Source: Lama glama
Lineage: Eukaryota
NCBI GenBank assembly: GCA_028534125.1
Contig: CM052818.1
Location: 4,900,001-4,964,000, forward strand
Length of the DNA stretch: 64,000 nt
Direction of reading: 5' to 3'
How positions within the stretch are numbered: position 1 is the first letter of the stretch; each line of letters begins with the position of its first letter. This document shows positions 52,301-64,000 of the stretch, piece by piece. Both the position numbers and the translations under genes were made by a program. The notes beneath the pieces are model-generated. The model was given only the letters and a program-made list of their open reading frames with translations, was not told the origin of the DNA and did not search any database.

Positions 52301-54294
52301 ACTTCTTTTTTTTTCTCTTTGCACATCATGTGAAAATATTGCTGGCTGGTCATCGGATTTTAGTCTTGATAAGGGCTAAGTTCTTAGTTTGGTATAGACC
52401 CTCTCTCGATGGCTAATGCGCTGAGCAGTTCCACGTTCCACTCATTAAAGGCCTTCAGGAGAGGACAGTGAATTCCATGCTTTACTCCACACACGCGGTT
52501 TTGAGAGAGTGGAGCGAAGAGAATTGGGGTATCGAGAAATTTTTAATCAGTTGAGTGAGACGTAGGGGTGACACCCCGATCTTGGCCACATCGGCCACCC
52601 TGAGGACCCCGTCACTTCTGTAATCACACGCTTAATTAGAAGCACAACCTTCACGGCCGGGGAAGCAGGATTAGAAGGTAGGGTGTTGCGGGCTTCTTGT
52701 TCTCCTTCAAGTTACTCTACACATTTTGAATGACTGCTTTGAAAGGATGACTTTTTGAGTATAAGTTAGCTGGTTTAACTGCCATTGTTCTTGGGGTTCC
52801 TGGAAACACAGGACTCTCCGCCCCCTTGAGACTGTCCAGACATCAGAAGCAGTTGCATTGTATAATTATGTGCGCCAAAGGGCATGAAGGAGGAGACCTC
52901 AAATTCTAAATGTCTCAGTTGCTCACTTCATACTACACACCTTTTGGACCATGTGTCCAAAAGTATATCATATAAAAGAATAAAATTTTAAAATAAATAT
53001 AGGTCCAGGTTAAGGAAAAGGCATACTGCACAAAAATGTCTTTGTATAAATACTGAATATGGTAGGGTAAAGGAATATTTATAGTTCTGCAGATGACTTA
53101 ATACTGCGCCAGGAATTCATCCATTCTTCCAACTAGCTTGAGAGGCGTTTGAAACCAATAAAGCCTATTTGTGTCCAAGCTGGGAGTGGAGTCCAGGCCC
53201 CACAGAACAGACCTGAGATGCGCTGCTCCAGGGAGCTTAACTGATGTCAAGTGTAAACCACTTTTCAAAAGCATGTTATCAAGTCCACACCAGACTATCC
53301 ATTTTGATAATCTCGTTCCATTTTTCATGCTATTGTTGAAAGGAGCAATAGATTAATGAGAGTCCAAATTCCCCTAGAAAGAAAACCTTCCTTATAAGGC
53401 ATGCCTGAAGAGAGATTTGGAAAAATTACTTACTCTGCCTTTGTTTTGCCAAGTCAAGTAATATTTAGACCATTTGTATTTGAAAAATTCTTAACCCAGG
53501 TCAGCGTGGCCTGCCAGATTGAATCTGGAGGGGAAAAAAATGAAGAAGAAATGAAGATGATGATGAAGATATAGATGATACACTTAGGTAAGTTATAAAT
53601 CTCCCAAACCTTGGCTTGCTTGTATGTAGGATGGGGACCGGGAGGGGTGGAAAACCCCTGTGATCCACCTGAGATCCAACAAGAAAAATTGGCTCCAAAT
53701 GGCATTGGCAGATCCCTCGCCAGTTAAAAGAAACATTTGTCTAGAAAGAATTTTAAAGGTTCAGCTTCTAAATATACAAGACACATTCTTTCAAGTATCT
53801 GAAAACAAGAAGAGAAAGCCTCACCGAGCATGATCGTCAGAGTCATGGCGCGGTCTGGGGTGGAGCAGGACAAGCCTTAGAAACCATCTTGTCTTGTTGG
53901 TGACATCATTTGACAGATGAATAAACTGGATGGAGGTGATCTTCATGATTTCAAAACACTTGTGTCTGTGAGTCTTAACAGTGCTGTGGGACCATCGCTG
54001 CTGCAGCAGCTTCAGGAAGAAGTACTAAGATTTGGAAACTCTTGAGCCGCCATTGTTGGAACAAGAGCCCAACTTCCCAGATTCCCAGACCAGAGGGCAG
54101 TGCTGGAAAGGATGGGAGGCTTTATTTTGAATAATTCCATTTTGTCAACCAACTGGAGGACAGTTTTACTTAGATGTTCAATGCAGATGTAATAAAATGT
54201 TGTTTCTGACCAAATGCTCCTGCCCTCACCGAAGTCAACGGTACCCCCAAGTCAAGTTTACCCCTCAAGTGTCATTTTTCAACTTTACTACCCC

Positions 54295-54794
54295 NNNNNN
54301 NNNNNNNNNNNNNNNNNNNNNNNNNNNNNNNNNNNNNNNNNNNNNNNNNNNNNNNNNNNNNNNNNNNNNNNNNNNNNNNNNNNNNNNNNNNNNNNNNNNN
54401 NNNNNNNNNNNNNNNNNNNNNNNNNNNNNNNNNNNNNNNNNNNNNNNNNNNNNNNNNNNNNNNNNNNNNNNNNNNNNNNNNNNNNNNNNNNNNNNNNNNN
54501 NNNNNNNNNNNNNNNNNNNNNNNNNNNNNNNNNNNNNNNNNNNNNNNNNNNNNNNNNNNNNNNNNNNNNNNNNNNNNNNNNNNNNNNNNNNNNNNNNNNN
54601 NNNNNNNNNNNNNNNNNNNNNNNNNNNNNNNNNNNNNNNNNNNNNNNNNNNNNNNNNNNNNNNNNNNNNNNNNNNNNNNNNNNNNNNNNNNNNNNNNNNN
54701 NNNNNNNNNNNNNNNNNNNNNNNNNNNNNNNNNNNNNNNNNNNNNNNNNNNNNNNNNNNNNNNNNNNNNNNNNNNNNNNNNNNNNNNNNNNNNN
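54295..54794. other. Assembly gap (500 N)
   Basis: Exactly 500 N, probably a placeholder; ORFs spanning it are artefacts. Confidence 0.99.
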
Positions 54795-56269
54795 ACCCAC
54801 CCTGAGAGGCAATGGTATGTGCCTGGTCTCCAGTCCTCAAAGCTTGCTTGCTCCTCAGTCAGTGTTTTGGACATTCTCCGTTTCTCCAAATAAGAAAAAA
54901 AAGTCACTTGCACAAAATGCAGTATGTTGCCAAAGGATAGGACCATAGCGATTTTCCAAACTGAGGGACTGAGCCGCTTAAGACTTGAAAGGCTCAAAGC
55001 TTATGATTCTTTGTCATTATCAACATTATTTTTAAAGTTTGCAAGTGCGCACACCAATTCAATAGCCAAGATTCTATCTATTCAATTAAGATTTGATGAC
55101 TTATGGAATTTGGGGGGATGGTAAGCACATAGCACTTGGGTGGCGTTGTCAGAAGCATCAGATGAAGCATCGTTCCAAGCTAAAGCACGCTTCTCATGAA
55201 GGGCTTCATTTGCTCACGCTGGAACTTTTATTCCCATACAATTTTACTGATCACCCACAGTTGTTTAGCTGAGTCCTTGAATAACTATGAAACCATTAAG
55301 AGCTCTAAAGACGAGGACAATGATTGGCGATTCAAAGATGAATGAAATGACTCTGCTTTCAAACACTTCTGTCCAGAAAAGGAAACATATAAAACAAAGA
55401 AGTGCCATAGAAGTTAACACATCCATAATCTTGTTTACAGCTGTACAAAAATAGCCTGGAGTACGGAGGCCAAGGAAGAGGAAAATCTAAGCAGGATCTT
55501 AAAATATGAATAATAGGATACTGGGGTCACAAGAGGAAGGTGATTTGTACACAGAGAATCATATTTAGAAAAGCAAGGGAAGATGAGCTATGGGTAATGG
55601 CCAGGAAGGGTGGTATATACATAGATGCAAGTGTCAGAGCAATCTGAATTTTTAAAAATTATTCATCACTAGATATGACAAATGTTTTGATGAATACTCA
55701 GATTCTGCCCATGCGGTCTACTTTATTCCAGAGATAGGGAAGTGGCAGGGTCTCTCATGTACCACTGCACTTGGCAGATTCTTGGAAAAAAATTACTGAC
55801 TCCCCTGGAGGCTTCATGAAAGCAGCCCAGAAATTACAGTCAACAGATTTGGGCCAGAACTGTCTCTGGCCAAGATAATCAGTTGGAAAGGGGAACATTC
55901 AGTAAATCATTTAGCTGCTTACCGCCTCCACTACCTCCAGACCTACAGGAAACCCATACATACACACAAACACACAGAGGGATGCGGGCAAGCACATCAG
56001 AAGAATTTGAGTCTTTTTACAGACGTGCTTGGACATTTTGACTGTAAATGCCATGTTCGTGGAAACTGAGATGCTCTCACTACTGAAGGGACCCACTCAT
56101 CTCAAGAGCAAGCATTCGTTTCAGATATGTTCTGAAATGCCAGCATTTATTAGAGGAGAATTTGCTTCTGGGTATCTCATTTCTGCCCTTGCTCTCTCTG
56201 ATCTAAGATCCCGGAGATCTTAGCCTTTTGCAATATAATTATTCTCTAAAAATAAGAATCTGCATACCT

Positions 56270-56470
56270 AGCTCTGTTTCAGACCGGGTGATGTGTTTCA
56301 CATACTGTGCGTCATTACTCCTCACAGCAAATTCACAGGTTAATACGGTCCTATCCCAATTTTCAGATAAAGAAACAGAAGCAGAGAGGTTAAATGACTT
56401 TCCCAAGGTCACAAAACTGGTAAATGGATAGACAGGATTCAACTCCACAGAGTCTGACTGCTTCTCCCAA
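56270..56470 (-). mobile_element. MIR SINE
   Basis: CCCAATTTTCAGATAAAGAAACAGAAGCAGAGAGGTTAAATGACTTTCCCAAGGTCACA. Confidence 0.85.
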
Positions 56471-57555
56471 TGATCTTTGCCACTTTCCATGGCTGCTTCA
56501 TTCAGATGTACAGATGAAACAGGTTTTCTTGTACACACTGCAACTCAACCTTTATGGCCAATTATTATCACCATTTTACCACCTGGAAGTTCAAATCTGG
56601 GGGCCTGTGATTCCCCTGAAAACCCAGGAAAAATCTAAAATGATGAAATGACATGGCCCTTGCCCTGTCTGGTGACTTTACACTAAGATCCAGATGAACC
56701 GCATGTATTGTCAAGGCTAAAACTGGGACTTGTATCTTAGCTAACACCTGCCTCTCTCTCCCTGCTGAAATATATTATAATTAGCTGCTCTTCCTGGGAG
56801 AGACTGTAAAACAGAATGTAATTAAACAAAAAGAGAGACACCAGATTTTATAGGCAAAAAAAAAAAAAGTGATTTGGCCAGCCTACTAGATGGATGCATA
56901 TTCAAAAGGCAGCACTGTCAAGGCAGATCCCCTTTTTTTTTCAGTAATATACTGAATGGCACCTACCATAGCCTTTTGCACATGCTTGGGCCTTGCTTGG
57001 GATTCTGTGCTTACTCACTGGTGCTCACAAAATGGTTTTGACTGAATTAGGACCTTAAAAGGGTAGCCATCCTCTCTGGTTCAATAAGGATCAAGGACCA
57101 GAATATGCAGGTGATCTGAGCATTAGAGTCCATGGTCCTTACTAGCCAAACAAGCCACTGGAAAGACCCCCCTGGTGTCAAGGGAGGCCTCGGGTGCTCC
57201 CAGAGGCTCTGGCCAGCTAGAGGTGTGTGAAACAGGGCCAGATGTCTTGCTTCCCTTGGTCCAGTTGCTCTAGCTGCAAAATAGCAGTGCATGTCAGCCC
57301 ACCCTGTTTCTTGAGGAGAATACGGTAAGACTCAGAAAGGGCTAAAAACAAACTGGCTGTTTGATTCACGTTTGGCTAATGAAATGCCTATCAGACAACT
57401 GTTTGTAGGAATAAGTTCATAGTTGCAGAAGAAATACTAGCCCCTGAGCAAACTTCTAAGGGAAGACCCGATTATTTAGTACAATGACTCATCTCTTTCC
57501 TGAATCTGCACGTAGGCATCAGTAGGGATCGACGCTGACCCAAGGGTAGACCACC

Positions 57556-57583
<28 letters not shown>
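57556..57583 (+). repeat. poly(A)28 tract
   Basis: 28 consecutive A. Confidence 0.95.
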
Positions 57584-57586
<3 letters not shown>

Positions 57587-58158
57587 AGGCATAATCAAGT
57601 CACTAAAAATTGAAAAGATTTATAAGTGCAGCAGAGAAGAGCAAATCTTAATTGGAGAGAAAAAAGGACTCAAAGCAGATGTGCAAAAGATGATTGCTGG
57701 CTGGGTAAAAGCAGCCTTGGGGAGAAGAAACAGTGGGGAAAAAGAAAGCTAAGTGGCAGCTTCATGCTAGAACAGACCCACCCGGAGGTACCCTGGGTCC
57801 TACTGAACAGTACAAGGCTGCTTTAATTTAGCAACGCTTATTTTGGAAGGTTGGCTCCACCAGTCCTCTTTGCAATCTATCGCATTTGCTGGTGTGATTT
57901 TGGCTGTACCTCGCGGCTCACTGTGGGCTGACAGATGTCCAGGTGTGGAAAAGCACGTCAGCCATTTGTCTGCACCGGGGATCGATTTCTATACACTTTC
58001 TTTGTTCCTCTTAATTGAACCTGTAAACATGACTGTACTCAAAACTTCAGTAGTTCCCGGACATCTGAGTCTTAGAAATATAAATCTTTAGTATACTTCT
58101 TCCTCAGTGCCCATCCTTCAAAGGCAAAGCCAGTTTGGAATCAGAATCTGAGAAATGT

Positions 58159-58523
58159 AAGTAAGTTCATTTATGTCTTTTATTTTTTTTAAAGAAAAAG
58201 ACTCACAGACATAGAAAACAAAATTATGATTACCAGGGGACAAGGGAGTGGGAAGGGATAAATTGGGAACTCGAGATTTGCAGATGCTAGTTACTATATA
58301 TAAAATAGATAAACAAGATTCTACTGTATAGCACAGGGTACTATATTCAAAATCTTGTAGGAACCTATAATGAAACAGAATATAAAAAGGAATATATGTA
58401 TGTATATGTATGACTGAAACATTATGCTGTACACCAGAAATTGGCACACTGTAACCTGACTATAATTCAATAAAAAAAATGGGAAAAAATAAATTAAATG
58501 ATAGGTCCCGCCCCCCCCCAAAA
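58159..58523 (+). mobile_element. Young L1 3' end with 5' inversion and 16-bp TSD
   Basis: Sense L1 3'UTR at 58193-58480; inverted upstream L1 piece at 58156-58190; TSD at 58143-58158 and 58524-58539. Confidence 0.88.
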
Positions 58524-60694
58524 AGAATCAGAAAAATGTGAAAGGTGGCCTGAATTTGAAGATGAAACCAAACAAACTGTCACAAAATAAAAGCATCCTA
58601 GCAAACAGAAAAAAGAAAAGAGAATTTTGAAAACCATCTTCCCAGGGCGTCCCGAAACCCCAGTGCTCTATTTTGCCAGTTAACAAAACTCAGGCTCTTC
58701 TGGGTGTTCTGAACCAGGTGACTGACTAGCCAGCTGTAGCAGGCCTGCTGCTGGATGTCACGCCCCCCGTTAATGGAATCAGGACGTGCACACGTCAACG
58801 CACTTGGTGAACGGTAGATGTCAGCCGCTGTGTGATGGGCAATCATCAATCATCCATTGTCAGTTCTTTCTGTCCCAGGGAGGGAGCCTTTATTCAAAGC
58901 ATAAAGTAAGAATGTTGCCAGACCTCAGGAACAAGCCCTGAGCTGTTTGCAGGTGCTGCTACTCACAGCTGCCAATTAAACCCCTAACATTTCCATATTG
59001 GCCATGAGGCATAGCATATGCTTTGGACATACCAAATCTTAAAGAAAAAAACAAAAAACAAAAAAACCCCATCAATCTCAGATCATCAATACGTGTGTCT
59101 TTTTCTTGTCCCGTGCTTGCAACATGAGGGTTTTAAAAATAGTTTATTTTAGACATAGAGGAAAGAGGAAAAAAAAAAAACCAAAAACTCCGGTGAACTG
59201 AATTATTAAGATGTACACGCAGCATTCTTTCTTGTAGCTGGAAAGCAGCCAGCATTTCAGATGTGGGAAGTCTTTTCTGATGCCTAAATCCACATGGCAG
59301 AGTCTCCTTTCAGGATTTCAACTTTTAAAAAATCTTTTTCCTACCTTTCTTTCTTAAATGTTTTCTTACTTTTTGATAACCAGATGCTACTGCTCATCTC
59401 ATGTAATCCAGTCCTATTAAAACGAGATACTAAAATTCGGATGGATGGTGCAACTACATTCTGTTCCTTTCATCGGGTTTCAGACATAAGTGTGCCTTGT
59501 GTTGGAAGAATTTCATGAAACTTGCCAGAGACATTTTATTTAGTCTCGAAATGTAAGTTCATGAAAGGATGTATTCCTCTGCAGAGTTTACATGGTGCCT
59601 TCACTTTCACGTCTGTTCAGATCGGAGGATAAAAGGATTCAGTCACTCTTGGAAGATTACAGATCCTGTGGATTACAGTTCATTTATAAACACTATACAC
59701 AGGCAGAAAAAAATGTCCACATTCAATTTTCAGAAGTATTTCACCATTTTTAACTGATTTTCCAAATTCTCTAGACATGGGTAGCTCTTGTTAAGAAATT
59801 CATTGTGGTCACAAATACAGAAATTTTAACTGAATTATTCTTTCTGATCATCTTCAGAAAATGAAGATAAATTCTGCATGGTTTCACCAAGAACTAGATC
59901 AGAATCATCTGTGACCATAACTGTAAGTCTTTGTTTTCTATGTTGAGCAACACTCTTTGATCTGAGGTGCCCCCCGCTTTTTTCTGTCCCATCTCCCGTT
60001 CATCTGGCTGAGCTGAAGAGTTACTTCCATGTCCTTTGAAATCCTGATTCCCACTGATTTCAGAGCTATCTGTTGGGGAAAGTAAAGTTGCCAAAGCCAG
60101 GATCTCTTTCAAATAAACTTAATTGATGATTCTAGCAGGTGACTCTCTCTCTCTCCTTTTCATGTTGATAATTTTATAATATGTTCTCACTTCCAAGAAG
60201 GGTAAAATTTGCTGTCCTCTTCGAGAGAAGCTCGAATTTCCATTTTTAACAAGAGAGAAAATGTATTATCCCCATCTACATAATGAAGGACATCTAAAAG
60301 AACTTTTAATGAAAAGATGTTTTTCCTCTATGAAATTAATTTTTCAGTATAAGATGCCCTAATACACGTTGAATGGTGAAGATCTTAACATGAGTGAACA
60401 TTCTAACATGATAGCAAGAGTACCTGAGTATGTGAAATGAAGAAGAGAAAACGCGATGGCTAATAGCAGCCTCGAGCCCTTGGGCTACAGGAATTTATCG
60501 CTTAACAGAACTGAGGATGCGGTGCTGTGGCACTGGCTTTGGGCTGCTCATCCCGGATGATGTGTGTCCACAGGCTCTGAGATAAGAGTGAAGGGGAAGG
60601 ACCAACCTTCCCTAAGTAATACAGCTCTATCCAACACCATACGGACCACTTCTCTCCACTGATACCAGGTCTTCCGTGTGCCTCTGGTTGTGGC

Positions 60695-60775
60695 AATAAT
60701 GACAGTAATAGCCATGATGGCAGTGACGATGATGATGGTGATGATGATGATAATAGCAGTGGCAGCTACTGTTAT
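60695..60775. repeat. Degenerate (GAT/AAT)n trinucleotide tract
   Basis: GACGATGATGATGGTGATGATGATAATAGCAG. Confidence 0.7.
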
Positions 60776-60779
60776 AGAA

Positions 60780-60994
60780 GACAGCTTTGTAGGGTAGCTG
60801 GGAGCACAGATCCTGTAACTAGCCTGACTAGAATTTTGATTCTGGCTCTGCTGCTTACCAGTAGTGTGACCCTGGTCTAATTATTTAACTTTTTCGTGTT
60901 TCGGTTGCTGCCTCTGTAAAAAGGGGCAGGAGCTACCTCATCGGTAAATCGAATGCCTAGAGCTGTACCTGGCCAGGACTGCAGAAAGTGCCAC
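60780..60994 (+). mobile_element. MIR SINE abutting LTR copy 3
   Basis: TCTGGCTCTGCTGCTTACCAGTAGTGTGACCCTGG..TTATTTAAC..TCTGTAAAAAGGG. Confidence 0.7.
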
Positions 60995-61514
60995 TGTTAC
61001 CTGGTCCAAGCTCACACTGCTCGCCGCGAGACAGGTCAATAAATTGAGAGATGAGATGTTGGGGCAAGGAATAGCGACTTTATTCAGAAAGCCAGCTCAC
61101 CAAGAAGATGGTGGCCTAGTCTCCCAAGACTCCATCTTACCCAAGTCAGAATTTAGGCTTCTTTTATACTAAAAAGGGCAGGAGGTGTGGCTGTTTGTTG
61201 CAACCTTCTTAGTGTCAGCATCCTTTGTTCTTGTAGCTGTCCACGTAGGTCAGGTCAGGCTGTTCCTGTAAACCGCCAACAAGACAAATGTTATTCTCTG
61301 TTGTGCAACTTTTTATCTCTATATGAATGGAAAAGTGTTACACCTTTGAAGGTCAGAGCCTTGAGAACGGGCTATCCTGTCTGTTTCGGGCTATAGACGA
61401 CATTCTTTTACAAAAGCTGCGAACCAGCGTGACTAAGCACAGGGAACAGAGCACAAAGGTTAGAGCTAAAGGAACAGATCTAACATGGAGTCAGATTGGT
61501 TCTTTCTTATTAGA
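60995..61514 (-). mobile_element. ERV1-class solo LTR (MER41-like), copy 3
   Basis: TGTTAC start; homologous to copies 1 and 2 (shared translated NFLSLYEWKSVTPL); TSD CCAC/CTAC with one mismatch. Confidence 0.88.
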
Positions 61515-61564
61515 CTACCAAAACATCACATAAAATAAATGAGTGTTCCTAGAACATGTACACA

Positions 61565-61710
61565 GACACTATTGTTATTCCCATTTTCCAGATGGGGAAA
61601 ATAAGGCTGTGTGAGGTTCAGTAGTTCTCCCAAGGCTGCCAGCCAGAAATTTGCCAAATTTTAACCTGGGCTGGTGTGACATCAAGACCCACGCTCTTTC
61701 CATTTACCTC
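61565..61710 (-). mobile_element. MIR SINE
   Basis: TTATTCCCATTTTCCAGATGGGGAAAATAAGGCT..GAGGTTCAGTAGTTCTCCCAAGG. Confidence 0.75.
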
Positions 61711-64000
61711 CCCAGGCTTCCCGTTACAGACATCATTTCACAACTACACACCATTGGCCCACAGAGAGAAAGCAAGGGGTGGAAGAAAATGGAGACAGTA
61801 TCAAAGACTTCACAGGACGCAAGAACTCCAGAGTGTCAGGGCAGCAGAAATCCTCTCAGGACAGGGGAAAATCAACACCTTCCCCAGGTCGGGGGGCCAG
61901 TTAGTCACCACACAGACTGCTCCTGAATGAATGCACTCATTCATTCTCTCCACAGATACGGGTGTCCCTCCTCTTCCCGTGTGAGGGCAGCAGCTTCTTG
62001 GGTAGCCGCTTGCTAAGCAAGAGGATTGTTTGCTGTCATTTTGTGAAAGAAAGAAGACCACAATAACCTTAGGAAAAGATACCAAAGAGAAGATGCTAGT
62101 ATTTTCCTGGCAGTTGAGTCCAATGTGGTAAATTCCGGGGCTTCCTCCTCTCTCCTGCTTGGATGTCTCAAGTCAGAGCAAGCTGGCCATAGAACAAGGC
62201 AAAGACTGGCTGCTGCCCAGGGCTGGGTGTCCTCAGTACATTCACCCCTCCTGTCGTGGTCTTTATCTAGCCTAACTGGGATTGTTTTTGGCACTCTTAC
62301 ATCGTGATGTGATGTTTCAAATGTTTCTCTAACTGAAACATGCAAGGTCTTTCATTTCCTTTCTACCTACTAAGATTATCTGAGCCCCGAACATGCAAAG
62401 AAGAGTGTTATGCAAGCAATTAATCATATGGGAGCAAAAGTAGCTACTGAAAAATTGCCAAACACCATAAACATTGGTTAAAATGGAGTCCAGCCATTTG
62501 CACAGAGAATAATTGAAGCTATGGATTCACTTGGAGTAACTAAGCAACTTTTCATTATGAATTATAAAGCTTTCCAAACCTCAAATGATATCTGAGAGGA
62601 GTGCATTACCTAAAAGGTTTCGATAAGCAATGAAAGGCTCTTTAAAATATGCAGCCAGGATCAATCATCCGGCTGTATATCGTTACTTATACTTTGTGGC
62701 GTCACCTACATTCCTTGATAAACAATGTCCCATAACCTCTGAGCATTCCCATTACTTTCGTCAGCACCCAGACATAAGTGACAAAAATGTCAGATGATGT
62801 TTTATTTACTAATATAAAACAAGTTCTCGTGGAAGTAGACGTTCTACGACAACGGAGGTTTATGAAGCGCATTTCCCAGCACCAAGAGTGATTCACGGTA
62901 TCCAAGAAAGATACCAAGCCTGCTGTTCGTGATGAATTTTAATTGGAATTTTACTCATCACAGGCATGAATTTCTTTCATCTGGGAGATGACATGTCCTG
63001 TTCCCATGGCTGAAGGAGCGTTGAGTCTCCCTAAAAAAAAAAAAAGGTGGGTAGTTAAAACAGACCTTTTGACATACAAAAGGTAGAGAGATCCTGGTGT
63101 CACCTGCTAAAACAAGCACTCGGATGTCTTTTAGCGTCATCATTTTGCAGGGGACATTTGCATCAATTTCATGAGAAAGCAACCCCATTATTCTGACTCA
63201 GAAGGAGGGCAGTTCTGCCTTCCTCTACCCTATGAATGAAAAAAAATGAAATGGGGGTGTCAGCTGGGAAAATAACCTGATGGTAGGGAAGAGTGCCCCA
63301 CTTGAAAGTGGCTGTAGCATTCTACCCCAGACGCAGCAGGATAGGATATTAAGCAGCAGAGGAGAAAGATAATTGACAATTATGAATTCTCTTCCTTTGG
63401 ACAGGAGAGGTCCTAAAAATGTGGTCCATCAGTGTTGATGAATGCTAGGTTGTGGGGAAGGGGAACTAGTGAAAGGGCAAGATAAGTGGAGTTAAAGAGA
63501 ATGAGGTGCATGGCAGCTAGAAAGTTTGAAAAAAAAAAAAGGAAGAAGAAAGGTTGGATATGTGACAACATAGTTTCAGGACCTCATGCCTTTTGCTAAA
63601 AGGAAATCACATACCAACCTTTATGTGATTCAGGAAATATTTTGATTTAGTAAAAAACTAATGCAATGGATGTCAGTCTCATCATGAGGGTAAACTACCT
63701 CTCTTGACTAAGGTGAATAGGGTGCCTGTAGCCATCTCCTTTGGAACTCGGTATGAAAACGTGGATTTGCATCATGGAATCTTGGCCAGCTTGACTTGTG
63801 GAGGTGGTACAAAGCAATCGGTGCTCTAAAGATACACAAATTGATTACTTCAGTTCCTAAACTCAGTTTTCCAGAATAGAGTGAAATATATGGAAATGTA
63901 TTTCAAAAGGCCATCAGTTGCCCGAAAGACCCACGAGGCCCTCACTTAGAAGAGCATCCTACTGTAGTTGCAACTCTCCCTCTCCTGTATCTTTGCCTTG

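Noticed and set aside
54197..54997. Long ORFs of 174-244 aa
   Set aside because: Artefacts of translating the N gap
57556..57583. poly(A) as the tail of a processed pseudogene
   Set aside because: No upstream AATAAA, recognisable mRNA body or TSD seen
1..64000. Novel multi-gene system, CRISPR array, intact provirus or prokaryotic-type operon
   Set aside because: Eukaryotic repeat-rich non-coding DNA; no long ORFs, no regularly spaced repeats, and all LTRs appear solo with no gag/pol/env

Overview
Mammalian non-coding genomic DNA, intronic or intergenic. The host is most likely a camelid (alpaca/llama/camel): there are two Vic-1-type tRNA-derived SINEs and cetartiodactyl-type L1 3' ends, and I saw no Alu, Bov-A/tA, PRE-1 or CAN-SINE. 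I recognise no host protein-coding exon or RNA gene. The only recognisable peptides are decayed L1 ORF2 and L2 RT fragments. The window is a mosaic of interspersed repeats (L1 fragments of several ages, L2, MIR, L3, MER5/hAT, MaLR, four ERV1-like solo LTRs) plus microsatellites, a CpG-rich island near 6.7-7.5 kb and a 500-N assembly gap. I found no evidence of a novel biological system. The best observations are structural: a ~220-bp inverted duplication datable against an MLT1 LTR, three solo LTRs of one family that differ in STAT/TATA motif retention, a twin-primed L1 with a 5' inversion, and two exon-like cassettes. Repeat family names come from recalled consensus sequences, not a search, and boundaries of old repeats are approximate.
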